This document shows positions 24,995 through 44,766 of a DNA stretch of 64,000 nucleotides, in pieces. Position numbers and translations under genes: made by a program. Under the pieces are notes generated by a model. That model was given only the letters and a program-made list of their open reading frames with translations, did not search any database and was not told where the DNA came from. This stretch comes from Eledone cirrhosa (lineage: Eukaryota). The DNA is taken from the NCBI GenBank assembly GCA_964016885.1, contig OZ024741.1:104718001-104782000 (forward strand). The letters are read 5' to 3'. The first letter of the stretch is position 1. Each line of letters opens with the position of its first letter.

Positions 24995-27900
24995 TTGCAT
25001 TTATCTTGCTTTATGTTCATACGAGTTATCACCAAGTCACAACCAGTGACCTCAAGAGACAACAAGGTCCGCCATGTTCAAGAAAGAACATACATACTCA
25101 CACATGCATCTTTAGTGTTTAGACTTGTGATGTACTTATATTGACAGAATATTCCTTAGTATATGGGCAGTTCCCATTAGTACTATCTTTTGTATTTCTC
25201 CTATACGCGGATTTCCTGGGATTTGCGATAAGTAATCATTAGACCCCTTAGGTATCATTCCCAGAGCGCCTACAACCACTGGTATTGTTTTAGTTCTCAA
25301 TTTCCACATTTTTCCAATTTCTATCTCCAGGTCCTTATACTTGCTCAATTTTTCAAATGTTTTTATAGATACATTCTTGTCTATTGGAACGGACATATCA
25401 ATTAGCAGGCATACCCTCTTTTTAAAGTCCTTCAATATTATGTCAGGTCTATTTGCATCTATTTTTCGGTCTGTTTGGATGCTAAAGTTCCACAAGATTG
25501 AGATGTGATCTTTTTCAAGTATGGGAGGTGGTTGATGCTCCCACCAATTCTTTTGATGGGGCAGGTCAAAATGCTTACACATTATCCAATGTATGTATTG
25601 TGCAGCTCTGTCATGCCTGTTTAGGTATTCGGTTGGAGCTATAGGACTGCACATTGAAATTATATGGTCAATGGTCTCTGGTTGTTTTTTGCATACACGG
25701 CATAATGGGCTGCATCCATTTTTTATTATGTTGGCTTGGTAATTTTTTGTTGGCAGACACTGATCTTGTGCTGATATAATCAGTCCTTCAGTCTCCGATT
25801 TCAGTCAAGAGGATGCCAACCAGTGATGGGTTAAAGTTTTGTCAACATCAGGATTGTTAGCTCGTTCTGGGTATTTTCCATACAGAGGCTTTTCTTGCCA
25901 TTTCTTAGCCTGTTTCTTTGCAGTTCTTTCTTTGCAGTTACTTTTACCTGCTTTGCTTTTTCTGTGTTTTCCATTTTAGCAGTAAATGGGACTTCTGAAA
26001 TTTGTAGTACATTACTGTATCTTTGTGCATCTTTTGTAATGGAATATGATCTTTTGATGCTTTCGTGTTTCAAAACGAGTTTGATCATCCAATCATGTGA
26101 TTCCCTTAGATATGTAGATAATCCAATTGTTGCAGTTTTCAACGCAATGTCTAACTGGATTAACCCACGTCCTCCTTCTTTCCTAGGGAGATATATTCTA
26201 TCTGTATCTGCCTTAGGGTGATGCATTCTGTGCATGGTTAAGAATTTTCGAATTTTTGTATCGAGCCTACGGATATCTGTGCTTGACCAGTTGATGACAT
26301 TGTAACTGTAGGTTACTACTGGTATGGCAAGCGTGTTTATGGCATCGATCCTATTCCTTGCATTCAATTCCGTTCTTAAGATTGCTCTTACTCTGCGGTA
26401 ACATTCCTTCCTTATCCTTTCCCTCATTGTCGAGTGCTTGATTCCGTCTCCTTCACAAACATCTAGATATTTGTAAATTTTTTCTTGATCAAGTTCTCTT
26501 ATCACGTTCCCCCGATCAAGATTAATGTCTGAACTCTTCAGCAGCTTTCCTCTGGTGAACGTTGCTTTGGCGCATTTATCTAGTCCAAACTCCATTTTAA
26601 TGTCATCACTGAACTGCTCCACAGTGGATAATAGCCCTTGCAATTGTTCATCATTTTTTGCAAATAGTTTCAGGTCATCCATGTAGAACAAGTGATTAAT
26701 GGTTTTGTCATAGACTCTATATCCATGTTTTGTTTCATTGAGCATTTTACTTAATGATATAAGTGCGATGCAGAATAAAAGCGGTGATAAAGAGTCACCC
26801 TGAAAAATTCCACAATTAATATTAACTTCTCCAGCTTCCAGTGATTTTGTTTCACTATTCAAAAGGAGTGTCGTTTTCCATGTCTTCATAATGAATGACA
26901 AAAACCTCCTGACAACGGGGGATATTTTGAAAATCTCTAAACATTTTTCAATCCAACTGTGTGGCAAACTATCGAATGCTTTTTTATAATCTATCCAAGC
27001 AATTGATAGATTTTTGTGTCTATTATGACAATCTTCCAGTATCATTTTTTTAACCAAAAGCTGATCCTTACAGCCATATGAGCCTCGTTTACACCCTTTC
27101 TGCTCAATGGGAAATAGGTCATTTGTTATCAGGTGGTCATATGTGTATTCAGTTAGGACTGATGTTAACATTTTATACATTGTGGTCAAGCAAGTTATCG
27201 GTCTGTAATTTTTGGGATTGTTTGTCTCATCATTCTTCGGAAGCAGGAATGTAATGCCGTTAACTAGCCATGATGGTATCTTTTCTGGCTCCTTAACTAT
27301 TTCATTGTAAAGTTGGGCTAACAGCTCATGAGACTCTGTGAAGGCATTTATCCAAAAATTTTGTATTTTGTCTTTTCCTGGGGATTTCCATTTGCTGGTT
27401 TTTCTTAGAGCCAAGCGCAACTGTTCAACTGTTATGTTTTCCCATATTTGTTCCTCAAGGTGAGCTGTATCTTTCATTTGTCTGTCTATCCATGGGGCAT
27501 GTATGTTATGAACTTTTTCTTCGGCCCAGACCTTTTCCCAGAATTCTTGCACTTCCTCCTTGGGTGGTATTGATTTAGCAGTTATTGTTGACTTACCAAT
27601 TTTTCTGTAGAAGTTTCTTTGGTTGTTTTTGAACATATTATTGTCCTTATAGAATCTAGATCGTTTTTCAAAGCGCCTTATACGAGCAGCTTTAGCCGAT
27701 ACTTTTTGCTTGATTATTTCTATCAGCATGTCTATGTCACTTGTTGATTTTATACTATACTTTCTTTTCAATTTTCTAAGTTTAGTTTGTTTAACATGTT
27801 CACCTACTTCATAGTTTGTTAAAATTTCTATGTCAGATCGGAGAAGGTTTATTTGGCGATTGATGTTCTCTTGCCAAGTAGATTTCTTGTGGGAATTCCT

Positions 27901-30000
27901 TTGTTTTTTCATCTTCACTCCACATAAGTGAGTGGTGACTTTAGCCGATGCATAATAGAGATGATTTAAATCAGTAATGTTTAGTTTGTTTGTGATGATA
28001 ATGTTTTTGAGAATTATGTTAGTCTTGTGTATTATCTTTTGGTTCTGTTTGGAGTTCTGGATCTTAGGGAGGGTGTCTCGTTGCCCCATGTCAGATTCTT
28101 TCATTTTCATCCATTCGATCATAATTTCATCCTTCAAGTTGGCAAGTTCATTCTCATTCATTTCTTTATCATTTACGATCTCATTATTTTCATTTGGAGT
28201 TTCATCTTGAGCATGCACTCCCTCCACTTTTTCGATCCTTTCTTTAATTTGTTCTGTTGCCAGTGATTCCGCCCCAACCCTGGGATTCGAAGTGTTACAA
28301 TTTACCTCGTTTTCACTGACACATGTTTCATTTTCCCTTCGCTGACTTTGTGCTAATAGCTTGATCTGATCAATTTCTATATCAGTTAGTAACTTTTTTC
28401 TTACAATATTTCTTCGTATATTGGCTAGTTTGTTACTGTCAATATAGCCTCTGTTTTCGGGATGTTTCTTTTTCCAGTTGATATATGTCTGTTCTGTATT
28501 CGATGTATTTGATGGGTAGTACATGGCAGTGTAGAAAGCCTCAAGGACTTCTTTATTATCTTCCCTTGACCATTTTTCTCTCTTTTTCTTTGGATTTCTT
28601 GGTGGTGAGCATGGAGGGCCAACAGTAGGAGTATTCCGGTTATGGGAGGTCTCCAGCTCCGAAGTGATGGGAAGGTTTGAACCATTAGCTGATTTTTCGA
28701 CCCCAGTCTGGTTCCTCTCTGAGGGACGCGGCCCTTTTTTACCCGGGTGACGGCCGATCCGGTATGAGATTTTATCATTAGACATTTACTTTATTTTGTC
28801 GCGTTTTATCCTTATCCGCCAAGGGGTAATCATTTCGTGTTACCACTTCTAGAACGAGTGTCAACCAAGACTAGAGGGGTCGTTCTCCCCTAGAGACACG
28901 GCTATTCCCCGCCGGCCGCCATCCCGGTATTTCTTGGTCACGGAGTTTTCTTTTTTGTTTTTTTTTTAAATTGTTATTATCATGAGTGGTTCCTTAATGT
29001 GAGCATTGCGTGGCTTAAGAATGAAATTATTAATAACAATAATTGTCTCCACTCCAGGCACAAGGCCAGCAATCACCCAGTGCATTACAATAATATAATA
29101 TACTTTTTGCTGAAGTTGCCTGTTATTGTTGTTGGCTATGTCGGTGGTGGTGCTGGAGCTTTTTATATTGTTGGTGAGGAAGGGGGGAGCCAGCAGTGCC
29201 ATAGTTGTTGACGTTTGGCCGGTGGCCAGGTCACTAAGTCAATCTATTTATATCTTTTGCTAGCCTCTCCCTTGTCTAGTGATACCGCCACCTTCCCCTT
29301 TCTTAAGTTAACAGGGGAATAGTGGTGGTAGCAATGAAGGAGTGGTGGCGGCGGTGATGGGGTAGTGGTAGCAATGATGGATGGAGTGGTGGTGGCGGCG
29401 GTGGCGTTGTCGTTACTGAGTTTTTTTTTTTATATGTAGTATCTATGCGTTTGTGTCGCGTATGTTTAATATCTGTGTTGAATAGACTAGTTTTGTTTGA
29501 TCTGTAGTATCTATGCGTTTGTGCCGCGTATGTTTAATATATGCGTTGAGATATCCTCGTAAAATTGGAATTAAACATTTTGTTAAAACTTGAGACAATA
29601 ATTATAGTAATTATTATTATGATGCTGGGATTGGTGGTGGTGGTGGTGAAATTGCCGTTATCTGGCTGTTATATTTAGTGTACACAGCGGGGTGATGGGG
29701 TAGGTGGTGTATCAAGTTTCTGGTGTTGGTGAAATTGCTGTTATTTGGCTGTTCTATATAGTGTAGACAGAGGGAGTTTTCTTCCATTTATAACCATTTT
29801 CTTTTTTGAATATAAAATATATAATACAAAATTGAATATTTGAGCGATATAACAATATATTATGGATCCGAATTTTTATGAGACTTGATTCGGTGGTTTA
29901 TGCATTATTTGTACTAAGAATTGTTATTTCACAATTGATTTAAATATGTTAAAAATCAAAAACTTACGGGAGCAATTTCATGACCTTCTACCACCTCGTG
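24995..30000 (-). mobile_element. Dong/R4-clade LINE family B copy 1, probably full length
   Basis: RT-CCHC-RLE ORF with a ~1.2-kb 5' region containing a 38-bp direct repeat (29435-29472/29503-29540). Bounded by (TTA)n. The exact 5' limit is uncertain. Confidence 0.88.
25136..28785 (-). pseudogene. Dong/R4 family B ORF with a frameshift (~25915) and a stop (~25806)
   Basis: 984-aa and 172-aa ORFs collinear with the open 1129-aa ORF of copy 2; YMDD, RHD, RPDIILKD. Confidence 0.92.
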
Positions 30001-33943
<3,943 letters not shown>

Positions 33944-34157
33944 GAATGCTATGGTTGACGGAGGCTCGGCTCTGTAAGGTATTGTAAATTTTGAACGCTA
34001 TAACAATTGTAAATTGTTTAAAACTTTAACGAACTTGTAGACAAAAACACCCTCCTCCTCGTGAGAGGGGTCTTTCTGCCCGTTATTTGGCCCTTCGGGA
34101 TTAAATATCTACTTATTGGGGTTTTGTACCCAATATTTATTTTAAACAAAAAACAAC

Positions 34158-36288
34158 ATGGCTACGAAAAAGAATTTTCATAGGTCACTCCCACTCATTC
34201 CGTCTTCTTCTTCTTCCTCAATCGTCACTACAGCAGAGAGAAGATTGTCTCTCTCCCTCCCTTCTTTAAATGTGTCTCTCTCCCTCCCTTCTCTTTCGCA
34301 AGCGACGACAGAAAAGGAAAGTCTCGTGCAAAGCGTGTAAGATTTCTCCACAACGACGACGACAACGACGAAACAGGTGTGCGGGAAATACGAAAACCCA
34401 TTTCATTCGTCTGACGTCAGGAATAATAGCAGTAGCAGCCGTAATAACAACAGCAACAGTGACAATGAAAACAACAGTAGCAGCCGCAACAGCATCAGCA
34501 GCAGCATAAACAACAACAGCATTAGCAGCAGCAACAACAACAACAACCACAGCAACAGCGGCGGCGGCAGTAGTCGTAGTACCTGCAGCAACAACAAAAG
34601 TAACAGCAGCTCTGACGACAACAACAACAACAACAACAACAGCAGCAAAGAAAAACCAATCTCGTTTGCAGGTATCGCGAAGAACCGGGAAACAATCCTC
34701 ATAACAAATGAGGAATGAGAGGAAGCGAAGAAGATGGTGACAAAAACTGGACACCGAGCAATCTGCAAGGCAGCGGAAACATTTTTCGAAACCCAACAGC
34801 ACTGTACGGTCATGTACTGTACAGCAAGTACAAAATCCCGTAGGGTGGAAAGAGCCACAGAGGCTCAAATACAAAAAGCCTTGGGGTCTGTGTGGCAGCG
34901 GAAAACACACATCACCCGAGGCAATAAATATGCCACCGTAGACGTACTTTTTGCCACACCCCAGGAGGCAAAGGCTCAATCCGTAGTGACCCTAAGGAGC
35001 GAGGAAATGGTGTTGGTGCCCTCCTACTGCGGGAAAAAAAATTGTGAGGGTCAAACTGACCCACGTTCCCCGCGGGATGGCCCCTTCTTGGCTGGCCGCG
35101 TCTGTCCTCGTCGGAATCGAGGACAAAACAACTGTACTGCAAGTACAAAAAAAAGTAAGAGAAGATTGGGTCGGCACCTCCATTGAGTTGTTAATCCAAA
35201 CCAACCAGGAGTGCATCGAAGCTATCCCAGATGTGATAGACTTCGATAACGGCACTCAACTGCCCATAAGTGTTGAGGGCAAACGCCCGAAATGCTTTCG
35301 CTGTGGATCGAAGACCCACCTCAGGGCCTTCTGCAACGAGAAGACCCTGAGAAAGGAGAAAACCCCCCCTCCTTCCGAAACCGGCTCCACGGCTACCAGC
35401 AACAGGACAAGCGGCAACCAGGAACGATAGGTCCGTGGCACCCATTCCCACGCCACGGAAATCAAAAACAGCAGCAGCAGTGGAAGTATTAACAACAACA
35501 ACAACAACAGCAATACCAAAATGCAGCTGCAACAGAGACCCCAGTGCAAACATCACCAACAACAACAAGTGAAAGAGTGGAGCTGGTACCCCTCCCCGAC
35601 CTCACAGAATCAGACATGGAGTGTGAGGTGGGAGAGGGATGGCAAAAGGTCGTAAGAAGGCACAAACGCAGAAGCAGCGCATCGTCGCCTTTGAAAAGGG
35701 AGGAAAGAAATGAAAAAAAGGGTAAAGTCTACTGCAAAGAGACTCACAGCAGCAACACCACCAACACCATCACCACCCACACTAGCACCACCATCACCAC
35801 CGGCGACAACCTCACCGCCAACAACAACAACACCTTCAACACCACCACCACAAGCACCAACATCGCAAACACAACAACAAAACACACACACCCAGCAAAA
35901 ACGACAAGAAAATAGCAGAACCACACCCCACCCCCAGAAAAACAAATGCACGGCAATAAATACACACAACAAGAAACTAATGACTTACATAATTGAACAC
36001 ACAGACATTTCACAACACGACTACATAATACCAGCACCAATAAAAACGCCAACTAACATAAGACTGCTAAAAATAGCACAGAAACAATACACAAACATTA
36101 AAACGAAATTCCCCAACGCAGTTGGTGATTTCAGAGACCTAGGAGGAACTATCAACCGAAAAGTATATTCGGACATACTCATAGAAGAGCCGATGACCAG
36201 CCGAAGGGACGATTCAACGGTCCCTTCACCAGACGATCAAGTGAAAAGGGATGTAAAAACCATCCCTCCTCTACGAAAAGTACGGTAA
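34158..36288 (+). pseudogene. Tx1 ORF1 with stops/frameshifts
   Basis: Ser/Asn-rich N-terminus, ISFAGIAK, central domain, CFRCGSKTHLRAFC knuckle, C-terminus PLRKVR*. Confidence 0.82.
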
Positions 36289-36322
36289 GTGGTCTTTCCC
36301 ATCTTTTCCACTCTATTTTAAC

Positions 36323-39300
36323 ATGACCTCACTCAGAATAGGCAGTATAAATGCGCGTGGCTTGGGGTCGTCATGGAAGCAGGGTCACCTGCTGAACGAC
36401 CTCAGGTCACTAAACATAGATGTAGTGGCCATCAGCGAGACCAGAATCTCCGAAGCACGGCCCTTCGCACCGATCTTCGGCGGCTACGATGTGTACGCCT
36501 CTCCCAGCCGTCCTGGATCGGGGGGAGGTGTTGCTGTGCTTTTTCGGAGAGGTTTGGATCTCGCCATACGGGCCATCTTCCTGGACCCAGAGGGTAAGTT
36601 GGTGGTGCTGGACGTGACCAGCAGAGACGGGAAAGCTTTCAGGCTAGTGGCCGTCTATGCCCCGACAGGAGCAGGGCGGCCTGATTTCTTCCGGCGTCTG
36701 GAGACCTTTCTTGGAACGTCCCGCTCTTTAGTGTTAGTGGGCGACTGGAACGGGATGTTAGATGCACGCTGGGATTGTGTGGGATTGTGTGGGATTAGCG
36801 GATAGGGGTGGAGGGTGCAAGAGCCTCACCAACCTGCTCAGGCGTTTTGAACTGTCTGACAGGTACCGATTGGATTTCCTGAATGTGCCAATGTGGACTT
36901 GGACAAATCGCATACGGTCATCCAGATCATATCTAGATAGGGTATTTTGTAGGGAAATAGATAGGTCTAGCATAGGCTCTCCACAATTCAAGATAGTCAG
37001 CTACACGGACCACAAATTCGTGATCTGTGTGCTTGACTTAGATAGGCTTCATAGACGAGGACCCGGCTACTGGAAGCTAAACGCGTCCTTACCAGCGCGC
37101 AAGATCTACAGAGACCGGATTAGCGAACTAGTTAAGCGGGCGTTGACGGGGGCCATCGTCAACAACAAGTGGTGGTTTGCTCCGAAAAGAGCGATTAGAA
37201 TAGAATCGATTAGGTTTAGTAAGGCTTTAGCAATAGAGAAAAATAGAGCAGAGGGAGAACTAGTTAGAAAATTAGACGAGGCGCTTAGCAAAGGCATTGC
37301 GACCGACGTGCTTGCGGCGAAATTGGCCCTTGACCAATTCTTCAATGCAAAGCACGAAGGCTGCGTTGTCAGAGCTAGGGTGCGTGCTCTCAGACACGAG
37401 GGGACGAAAGCCGGTCAATGGGCCCGAGTGGCGGAGGCGCGTCGTGGCAACAAAGCCACGATCCGGTCTTTGGTGGACCACGACGGGCGCATGCTACTCG
37501 ACCCCGGGCAAATGTGTGAAGCTTTTCAGCGACACTTCGCTCAGCTGTTCGGGGGCAGCGGTGGTCCGGGTCGAGGGTTGGACTTTAGTGTCTACCTCGA
37601 CGGACTGCCGCGGCTCTCGGCCACTGAGGCGAAGTGTTGCGAAAAGCCGATAACAGCCGCTGAAGTAAGGCAGGCAATGACTGGCTGCACAAGGGGTAAA
37701 TCGCCTGGTTTGGATGGTCTGCCCTATGAATTTTACGTACAGATGCCAGACTTCTTCGGAGGCCTCTTGGCGGACGTCTACTGCAACTGGCAACAGAACA
37801 GGAGAATTCCCAGTTCTGTGAGCCGAGGAGCGGTGGCACTGCTGAGAAAGGATCCGAACAAGGGGGATAACATAGATAATTTCCGGCCCATAACTCTGCT
37901 AAACACAGAGTTCAAGATTTTGGCCAAGGTGCTAGCAAAGAGGTTGGCGCTTGTCGTTGGTGGTCTGGTGGGAGAGGCACAGACATGCGCCATTCCCGAC
38001 AGATCCATCCACGACAACCTCCACCTCATGCGATACATCGTAGAGAGGGTAGCTAGGGAACCTGGCACAGGTGGGTCCTTGATCAATTTAGATCAGTCGA
38101 AAGCCTTCGATAGGGTCGACCATCGTTACCTAGCGGCAGTCCTGAGGGCGGCTGGCTTTGGGCCCATCTTCAGAGGCTAGATCGCTGCCATGCACAGCGA
38201 CATCTGCTCTGTGGTGAGAGTGAACGGTCACCTGTCGGAACCGTTCAACATCATGCACTCGGTCCGTCAAGGATGTCCCCTCTCGTCCCTCTTGTACGTA
38301 TTGACTCTCGAGCCATTACTGCACAAACTTGAGACGTTGAGGGGGGGTCCCGGTCGAACTATGATGCGGAAGATCCGTGTCAGCATATGCGGACGATGTC
38401 ACTGTAGTGGTGTCGAACGCCAAACACATCGAGGCGATCAGCACTACACTAAGAGAATACGAAGCGGTGACAGGAGCAATGATCAACCAGGAAAAGTCAG
38501 TGGGCCTGCAGCTCGGCACCTGGAGAGGCAGGTCCATGCCGTCCAATAGCGTCGTCGAACGCTGGACGGACGGACCGGTTAAATTGCTAGGGGTTGGTTC
38601 GGTCCGAACCTCCAGACGGACAAAAACTGGGACGAGGTGACGAGCAGGGTGGCTTCTCTCACCCAGAAATGGGCGGAGAGGAAGCTATCCCTGAAAGGTC
38701 GAGCGGAGGTGGCTAACGCGTACATCGCGTCCGTCATCTGCTACCGCCTCACCGTCGTACCTTGTCCTAAGCCTCGCCTGACTGCGCTGGAGCGTTTGCT
38801 CTTTCGCTTTTTGTGGAAGGGACGCGCTCCGATGGTCAGGCGGCCATCTGTTGTCAACACCCGCTACGTGGAGGGCTGGGCATGCCGTGGCTGATGATGC
38901 GCAGGCACGCGCCCAGGCTACGACATCTCCACCTCTTCCTCGACGGTGATCAGGTGTGGTCGCCGTTTGCTAGACACGTATTTCCCCAGCTCGTCTCCTT
39001 GACGGAGCTGCAGTCCTGAGTCAAGCGGAGACCGAGAGGGAGCGCCTGGAGACTGGAATGTCTTCAGGCGCTCACAGCCCTCGACCAATCGGGCAATGTG
39101 ATCGGTGGAAACTCCACCTCGGCGTTCTATAGAGGATTAGTGGAGGGGAAGAGCGAGGACGTACTTGGGGAAACTCTAGGCGTCGACGAAAATCAACTAG
39201 CCAATCTCTTCGGAAGGACTTTCGGGCCGGGGCCTATGGACAACTTCCAGAAATCCCTGGCCTGGCAGTGCTACCGAGGAGCTTTGCCAGTTCGGGATAA

Positions 39301-39751
39301 ACTCTACAAGCATGGAGGTGCCGTCAGCCGGGCATGTCCGAGATGCGCACAGGGCGACGAAACCGTCCTGCACGCACTCGTCCAGTGTCCGAGCATTGCT
39401 GACTTGTGGGTTTATGTCGAACACCTGCTGTCACGTGTAGGACGGATCCAGCTATCAGCTGAGTCCATCGTGAGGATTGCCCCGTCCCCTTCCTTTAGCC
39501 GGGAAGGGCAGGCAGTTTTTATCTGTCTGGTGGCCATGGCGAAAGAGATAGTATGGTGGACACGTTTGAAAGGGCTGAAGACGAGCACTTACCTCTTCGG
39601 TGATGCCCTGATTAACTTTTTCAAATTTCATTTGAAAAGGAAAATCAGGGTAGAGAGGGAAGTGCTCTCTTCCCAGCATTTTGTTGAAAGATGGGTGAGA
39701 GAAGCAAGTATGGCCCGAATGAATGGGCATTCTCTGAGTATGTGTCTGTAA
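36323..39751 (+). pseudogene. Tx1 ORF2 APE-RT with several frameshifts/stops
   Basis: Fragments collinear with 16626-20032; a 10-bp duplication GGGATTGTGT at ~36770-36790. Confidence 0.92.
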
Positions 39752-40028
39752 ATTAAAGGCGGAAAACTGGGAGAGGGCACTTGCCCTGGTGGTCAGGGCC
39801 ACTGTGGTCTTTTAATGGGCTTTCTCCACAAATGTCCCTCGGAAGTCTCCCCTCTATTGGGGAATTTTTCTTTGTTATTTTATTTCAACCTCTGTTTTTT
39901 TTACACGCAGAAATGCCCATTTGTACCGTCCTGTATTGTCCTGTACTGTCCTTAATGTCTACTTTATGTAAACCCTTGTGGTTAATAAATAAATCATTAT
40001 TATTATTATTATTATTGTTGTTGTTATT

Positions 40029-40634
40029 CCTTGAATCTCAGTCATTGATGTTGGTTAACTGGAAAGTCCGTTGGATTGAATATCAAGCCACTACCTGCAG
40101 CCTCAGATATTCAGGACGTATCGGAGGGTTCTTGCTGTTCCAAGCAAGCATGCCTTTTGAAGCGTTCCAAAAAGCGTAAAGGGGCCGATTTTCTTTAACC
40201 ATCCCTGGAAACTTTTGGAGATAGTCCCCAGTGCGCCTATGACAATCGGGATCACTTTGACTTCATGGCAGTTCCAAATCCTTTTCACCTCCCACTTTAG
40301 GTCCTGGTATCGGTTAATTTTCTCCCTCTCCGTCTCTTGCACTCTCGTGTCGAATGGGCAGGCCACATCCACAATCAGACACGATCTTTTTTCTTTGTCC
40401 ACAACCACCAGGTCAGGTCTATTGTGTTCCAGTTTTTTGTCCGTCTGTATCCTAAAATCCCACAGCACCTTCACCTGATCGTTCTCCATCACCGCCTCTG
40501 GCCTATGCTCATACCATTTCTCAGAATGTGGTAAATTGTTTACTTTGCATAGGTGCCAGTGGATCACCCTGCCCATCACATCGTGTCTCCAGCCCTTATA
40601 GTGGGTCTGGGCTAGGTGTTTACACTCGGACACA
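40029..40634 (-). mobile_element. 5'-truncated Dong family A copy
   Basis: 176-aa RLE C-terminus near-identical to 20879-21410; (TTA)n directly at both junctions. Confidence 0.93.
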
Positions 40635-40650
40635 ATTATTATTATTATTA

Positions 40651-40733
<83 letters not shown>

Positions 40734-41114
40734 TTGTGTGTGTGTGTATTTGAAATTTAGCTTCAACATAGCTGTATACATATATGTATGTGAATTTCGT
40801 ATATCTAAAGATATATGGTATGTTTAATAAATAAACATTTTGAACGCCAAGCTATGAATAAAGGCTGACGGCCAGCGCCGTCTTGTAGATTTCAGCAGAA
40901 GCAGCTAGGATAACTGTCTATGTGAATTTCAAGCGAATGTCTCTTATCGAGAGACTGCTTCCCTACTGCTTTCTGCTGGTACTTGAAAACAAGTGAGAAT
41001 ATATATTATTTTCGCCTCTGTAGGTGGGATGACTATCCTCATTTGTACATGAAGCTGTATAAGTTTGCTCCGCTAGCTTCAACATAATTCTCTGCTGGAA
41101 CATGAAAATAGGCG

Positions 41115-41570
41115 AGAAAGTGATGTTGGAAACAGTTGTGAAGACCTGGTTAGACAGGCTAAGCAACGGAAGACTGTACGTATTCCAACAAGACTCCACC
41201 ACCTCTCATATGGTCAGGACGACACAAGTATGGATGCGTGATAATCTCCATTACCACGTTCTTCCAGACATAGCTTCCTAGCTCACCAGACCTCAATCCC
41301 CTGGTCTATTACAACACTATAGAATCTCTCAGGTCCGCCATTACCTGCACAATGTCCATTATTGATAGAAGTCATCTGATTCGGGCTTACCAACGCTTCA
41401 GAGCCCATGGTGAAGAGGTCATTGAAGCTAACGGAGGATTCATTAAATATATATAATAAATGTATTGTAAATAATATTTGTACCAATTTTTATATAAATA
41501 TAGCATTTATTTGATGTACTATGCGTCTTTTTCTAAATTCATGCAAATATCTTCAAAATTCTTTAAATCA
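41115..41570 (+). mobile_element. Decayed Tc1/mariner transposase fragment, DD37D (maT)-like
   Basis: YVFQQDSTTSH...PSSPDLNPLVYY and EVIEANGGFI. Spacing is 37 residues if one lost codon is restored and the third Asp has mutated to Val. Confidence 0.75.
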
Positions 41571-41579
41571 CGCGCTCGG

Positions 41580-42669
<1,090 letters not shown>

Positions 42670-42683
42670 CATATATATATATT

Positions 42684-42716
<33 letters not shown>

Positions 42717-43293
42717 GGTTCATAAGTAACATATGCATGATATTGTTACACACGTGTTCGTATAGTGGAATCAATATGTGCATGGCTTCTGTATGTGAGT
42801 TACACAGCGTACAAACGGAGTTTCTATTGGGTGTGATATATATGTATATATATATACATACATGCATACATACACACCTACATGAATATGTGTGAGTAGG
42901 ATTGTTATCGCTCACAAACAACAACGTCATTGTGGTAATTTTGAAAGGTTAATATAGGCATGCTATAAATTAGTTCACTTGCACATCTGCTCCCAGCCAA
43001 GCTTTGGAAATAAAAAAAATGATTCGCAATTCACATCTAAATATTAAGTCAGAAGATTTGTCGTCGAATATTTACTAACGAACAAGCTGTGGGTCATCAT
43101 TTGATAAAATTGCTTAGTTTAATACTACAGAGTAGTTATTTAGAGAAGTGAAGAGATGTGTAGTTCATTTAACAATATCCATACAACTACATATGTATAT
43201 GTATGTATTTTAAGACAGACAGGACTTTCAGAATACATATTATTGTGGAAATTAATACGTTGGTTTTGATTTGTTTTCAAAGAAATGTGTTGA

Positions 43294-43550
43294 CGCAGCC
43301 ATGGCTAAGTGGTTGAGAAGTTCACTTTGCAATTATGAAGTTTTACTTTATCCTCGGGTTGATCCAATCCTTGTGAGTGTAAATTGGGTAGACGGAAACT
43401 GTGTGGATGCCAGTTAGATGTACAGTGCCTGTAATTCAAAGGACCTGCCTTGTCACGCTGAAAGTTACATTAAAGGCACGCGTGTCTTTGGAATACTCAA
43501 CCACATACACGTTAATTCATGAGATCGAACGACTGAATGCTCATCGTCAA
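43294..43550 (+). mobile_element. tRNA-derived SINE (octopus-type), decayed
   Basis: A-box-like TGGCTAAGTGGTT head; body similar to the reverse complement of 7168-7230. Confidence 0.6.
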
Positions 43551-43609
43551 AACTGACAGAAGATCCACCATGAAATAAGCAATCCAATCCAATCCAGGGA
43601 CTTATCTCT

Positions 43610-43896
43610 CCTGTTGAGGAAACCCATCCCGAGTTTACCTCCACTACTTTCTGTTTGGTTTTGGTCATGCCAGGGGTGTTGCCTATATAACCTTTAGTTC
43701 GGGTGGATGTCTGCTGACTTTGAAGAGTTCATCCATCTCTTTTTACAGCTATTTTTTTTGTGCTGGAGGGATTCCACTTACTCTCCTCTCCAGACCAAGG
43801 TCAGGTGGAGTAGCAGGTTTGGTCGCCGACCGCTCGACCATGAAGCAGGTTATACTAGATTACATGGTACCAGTAGTAGGCAGAAGCCTGACTTGA
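43610..43896 (-). mobile_element. 5' end of an RTE-related element homologous to 46768-46960
   Basis: Minus strand TATG|TCAAGTCA..CTACTGGTACCATGTAATCTAGTATAACCTG..CATGGTCG..GGCGACCAAAC aligns with 46764-46845. Confidence 0.65.
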
Positions 43897-44055
43897 CATA
43901 AATGAAATATATATAACACTAAATAAAAGTCAATAAATATTTTCTTCAGTTCTACAAATGATAGAAATTCTGCGGTGTCTCAATATAAAAAATAAATTCA
44001 TATGAAGCATCTTTGTATGTATGTATGTATGTATGTATGTATGTATGTATGTATG

Positions 44056-44084
<29 letters not shown>

Positions 44085-44087
<3 letters not shown>

Positions 44088-44766
44088 GGCGGAAGAACTC
44101 ATATGAGTCAACGGCCATCCAAAATGCGTAAATATGTATATATACATGTACATATGTATGTATATGTATATATGTATATGCATGAGTGCATGTGTTTGTA
44201 TATGCCCGGGGACATAGAAATAGTCGGGCTGGATACCCGATCGCGTGGTTAAACCATTGGGAGTGAAGGACCCCTAGCCTTTGTCAGGGCATTCTTCTAG
44301 GAGAAGGAAACTCAGGAAACTGGGATAACTCCGACATAAAACCTGCGGCTCAGTAGTTACCGATGATGTTGATCTTTTCTTCTTTTCGGGTTATAGCTAC
44401 TGTCGCTCAGAGAGTGGGATTGGCTCAGTGCACAGTCTTTCCTCACTTTAAAAAATATCTTCACGCACAGGCATTGCACAATAGCATGAATTAATAATTA
44501 TTAATAATGGTATATCGTGCAATGGCCATACTCGATAACGAGGGGGCAGCCATCATGTATGTATATATGTGGGATTGGCCCGGTGCAAAGCCTTTCCTCA
44601 CTTAAAAAAGCTTCAAGCACAGGCATCGCTAGATATGTGACATTTTTTGCGATGCATGGTATTGTTGGTCATAGGCAAGTCTCTAGCAGGACAAAAAAGC
44701 CACGTCCGTGATGTTAATGTTTAAATATCAAGCGATGGCATTACTCTAAATCAAGTTGCAGCCATC
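44085..44766 (+). mobile_element. Two RTE-derived non-autonomous fragments (44085-44554, 44568-44766) in (TATG)n
   Basis: CTAGGAGAAGGAAACTC and GTGGGATTGGC..CACAGGCAT are shared with 46960-47165. Both fragments end GCAGCCATC+(ATGT)n. Confidence 0.7.

Larger units (their letters stand above)
33944..39995 (+). mobile_element. Tx1-clade LINE family A copy 2, full length, in (TTA)n
   Basis: 5' UTR, ORF1, ORF2 and a 3' UTR nearly identical to copy 1. (TTA)n on both sides. Confidence 0.93.

Noticed and set aside
28800-28950. GC-rich pairing region upstream of the Dong-B ORF as an HDV-like ribozyme
   Set aside because: Some stems are possible (GACCAAGA/TCTTGGTT), but I could not build the nested double pseudoknot with the catalytic C.
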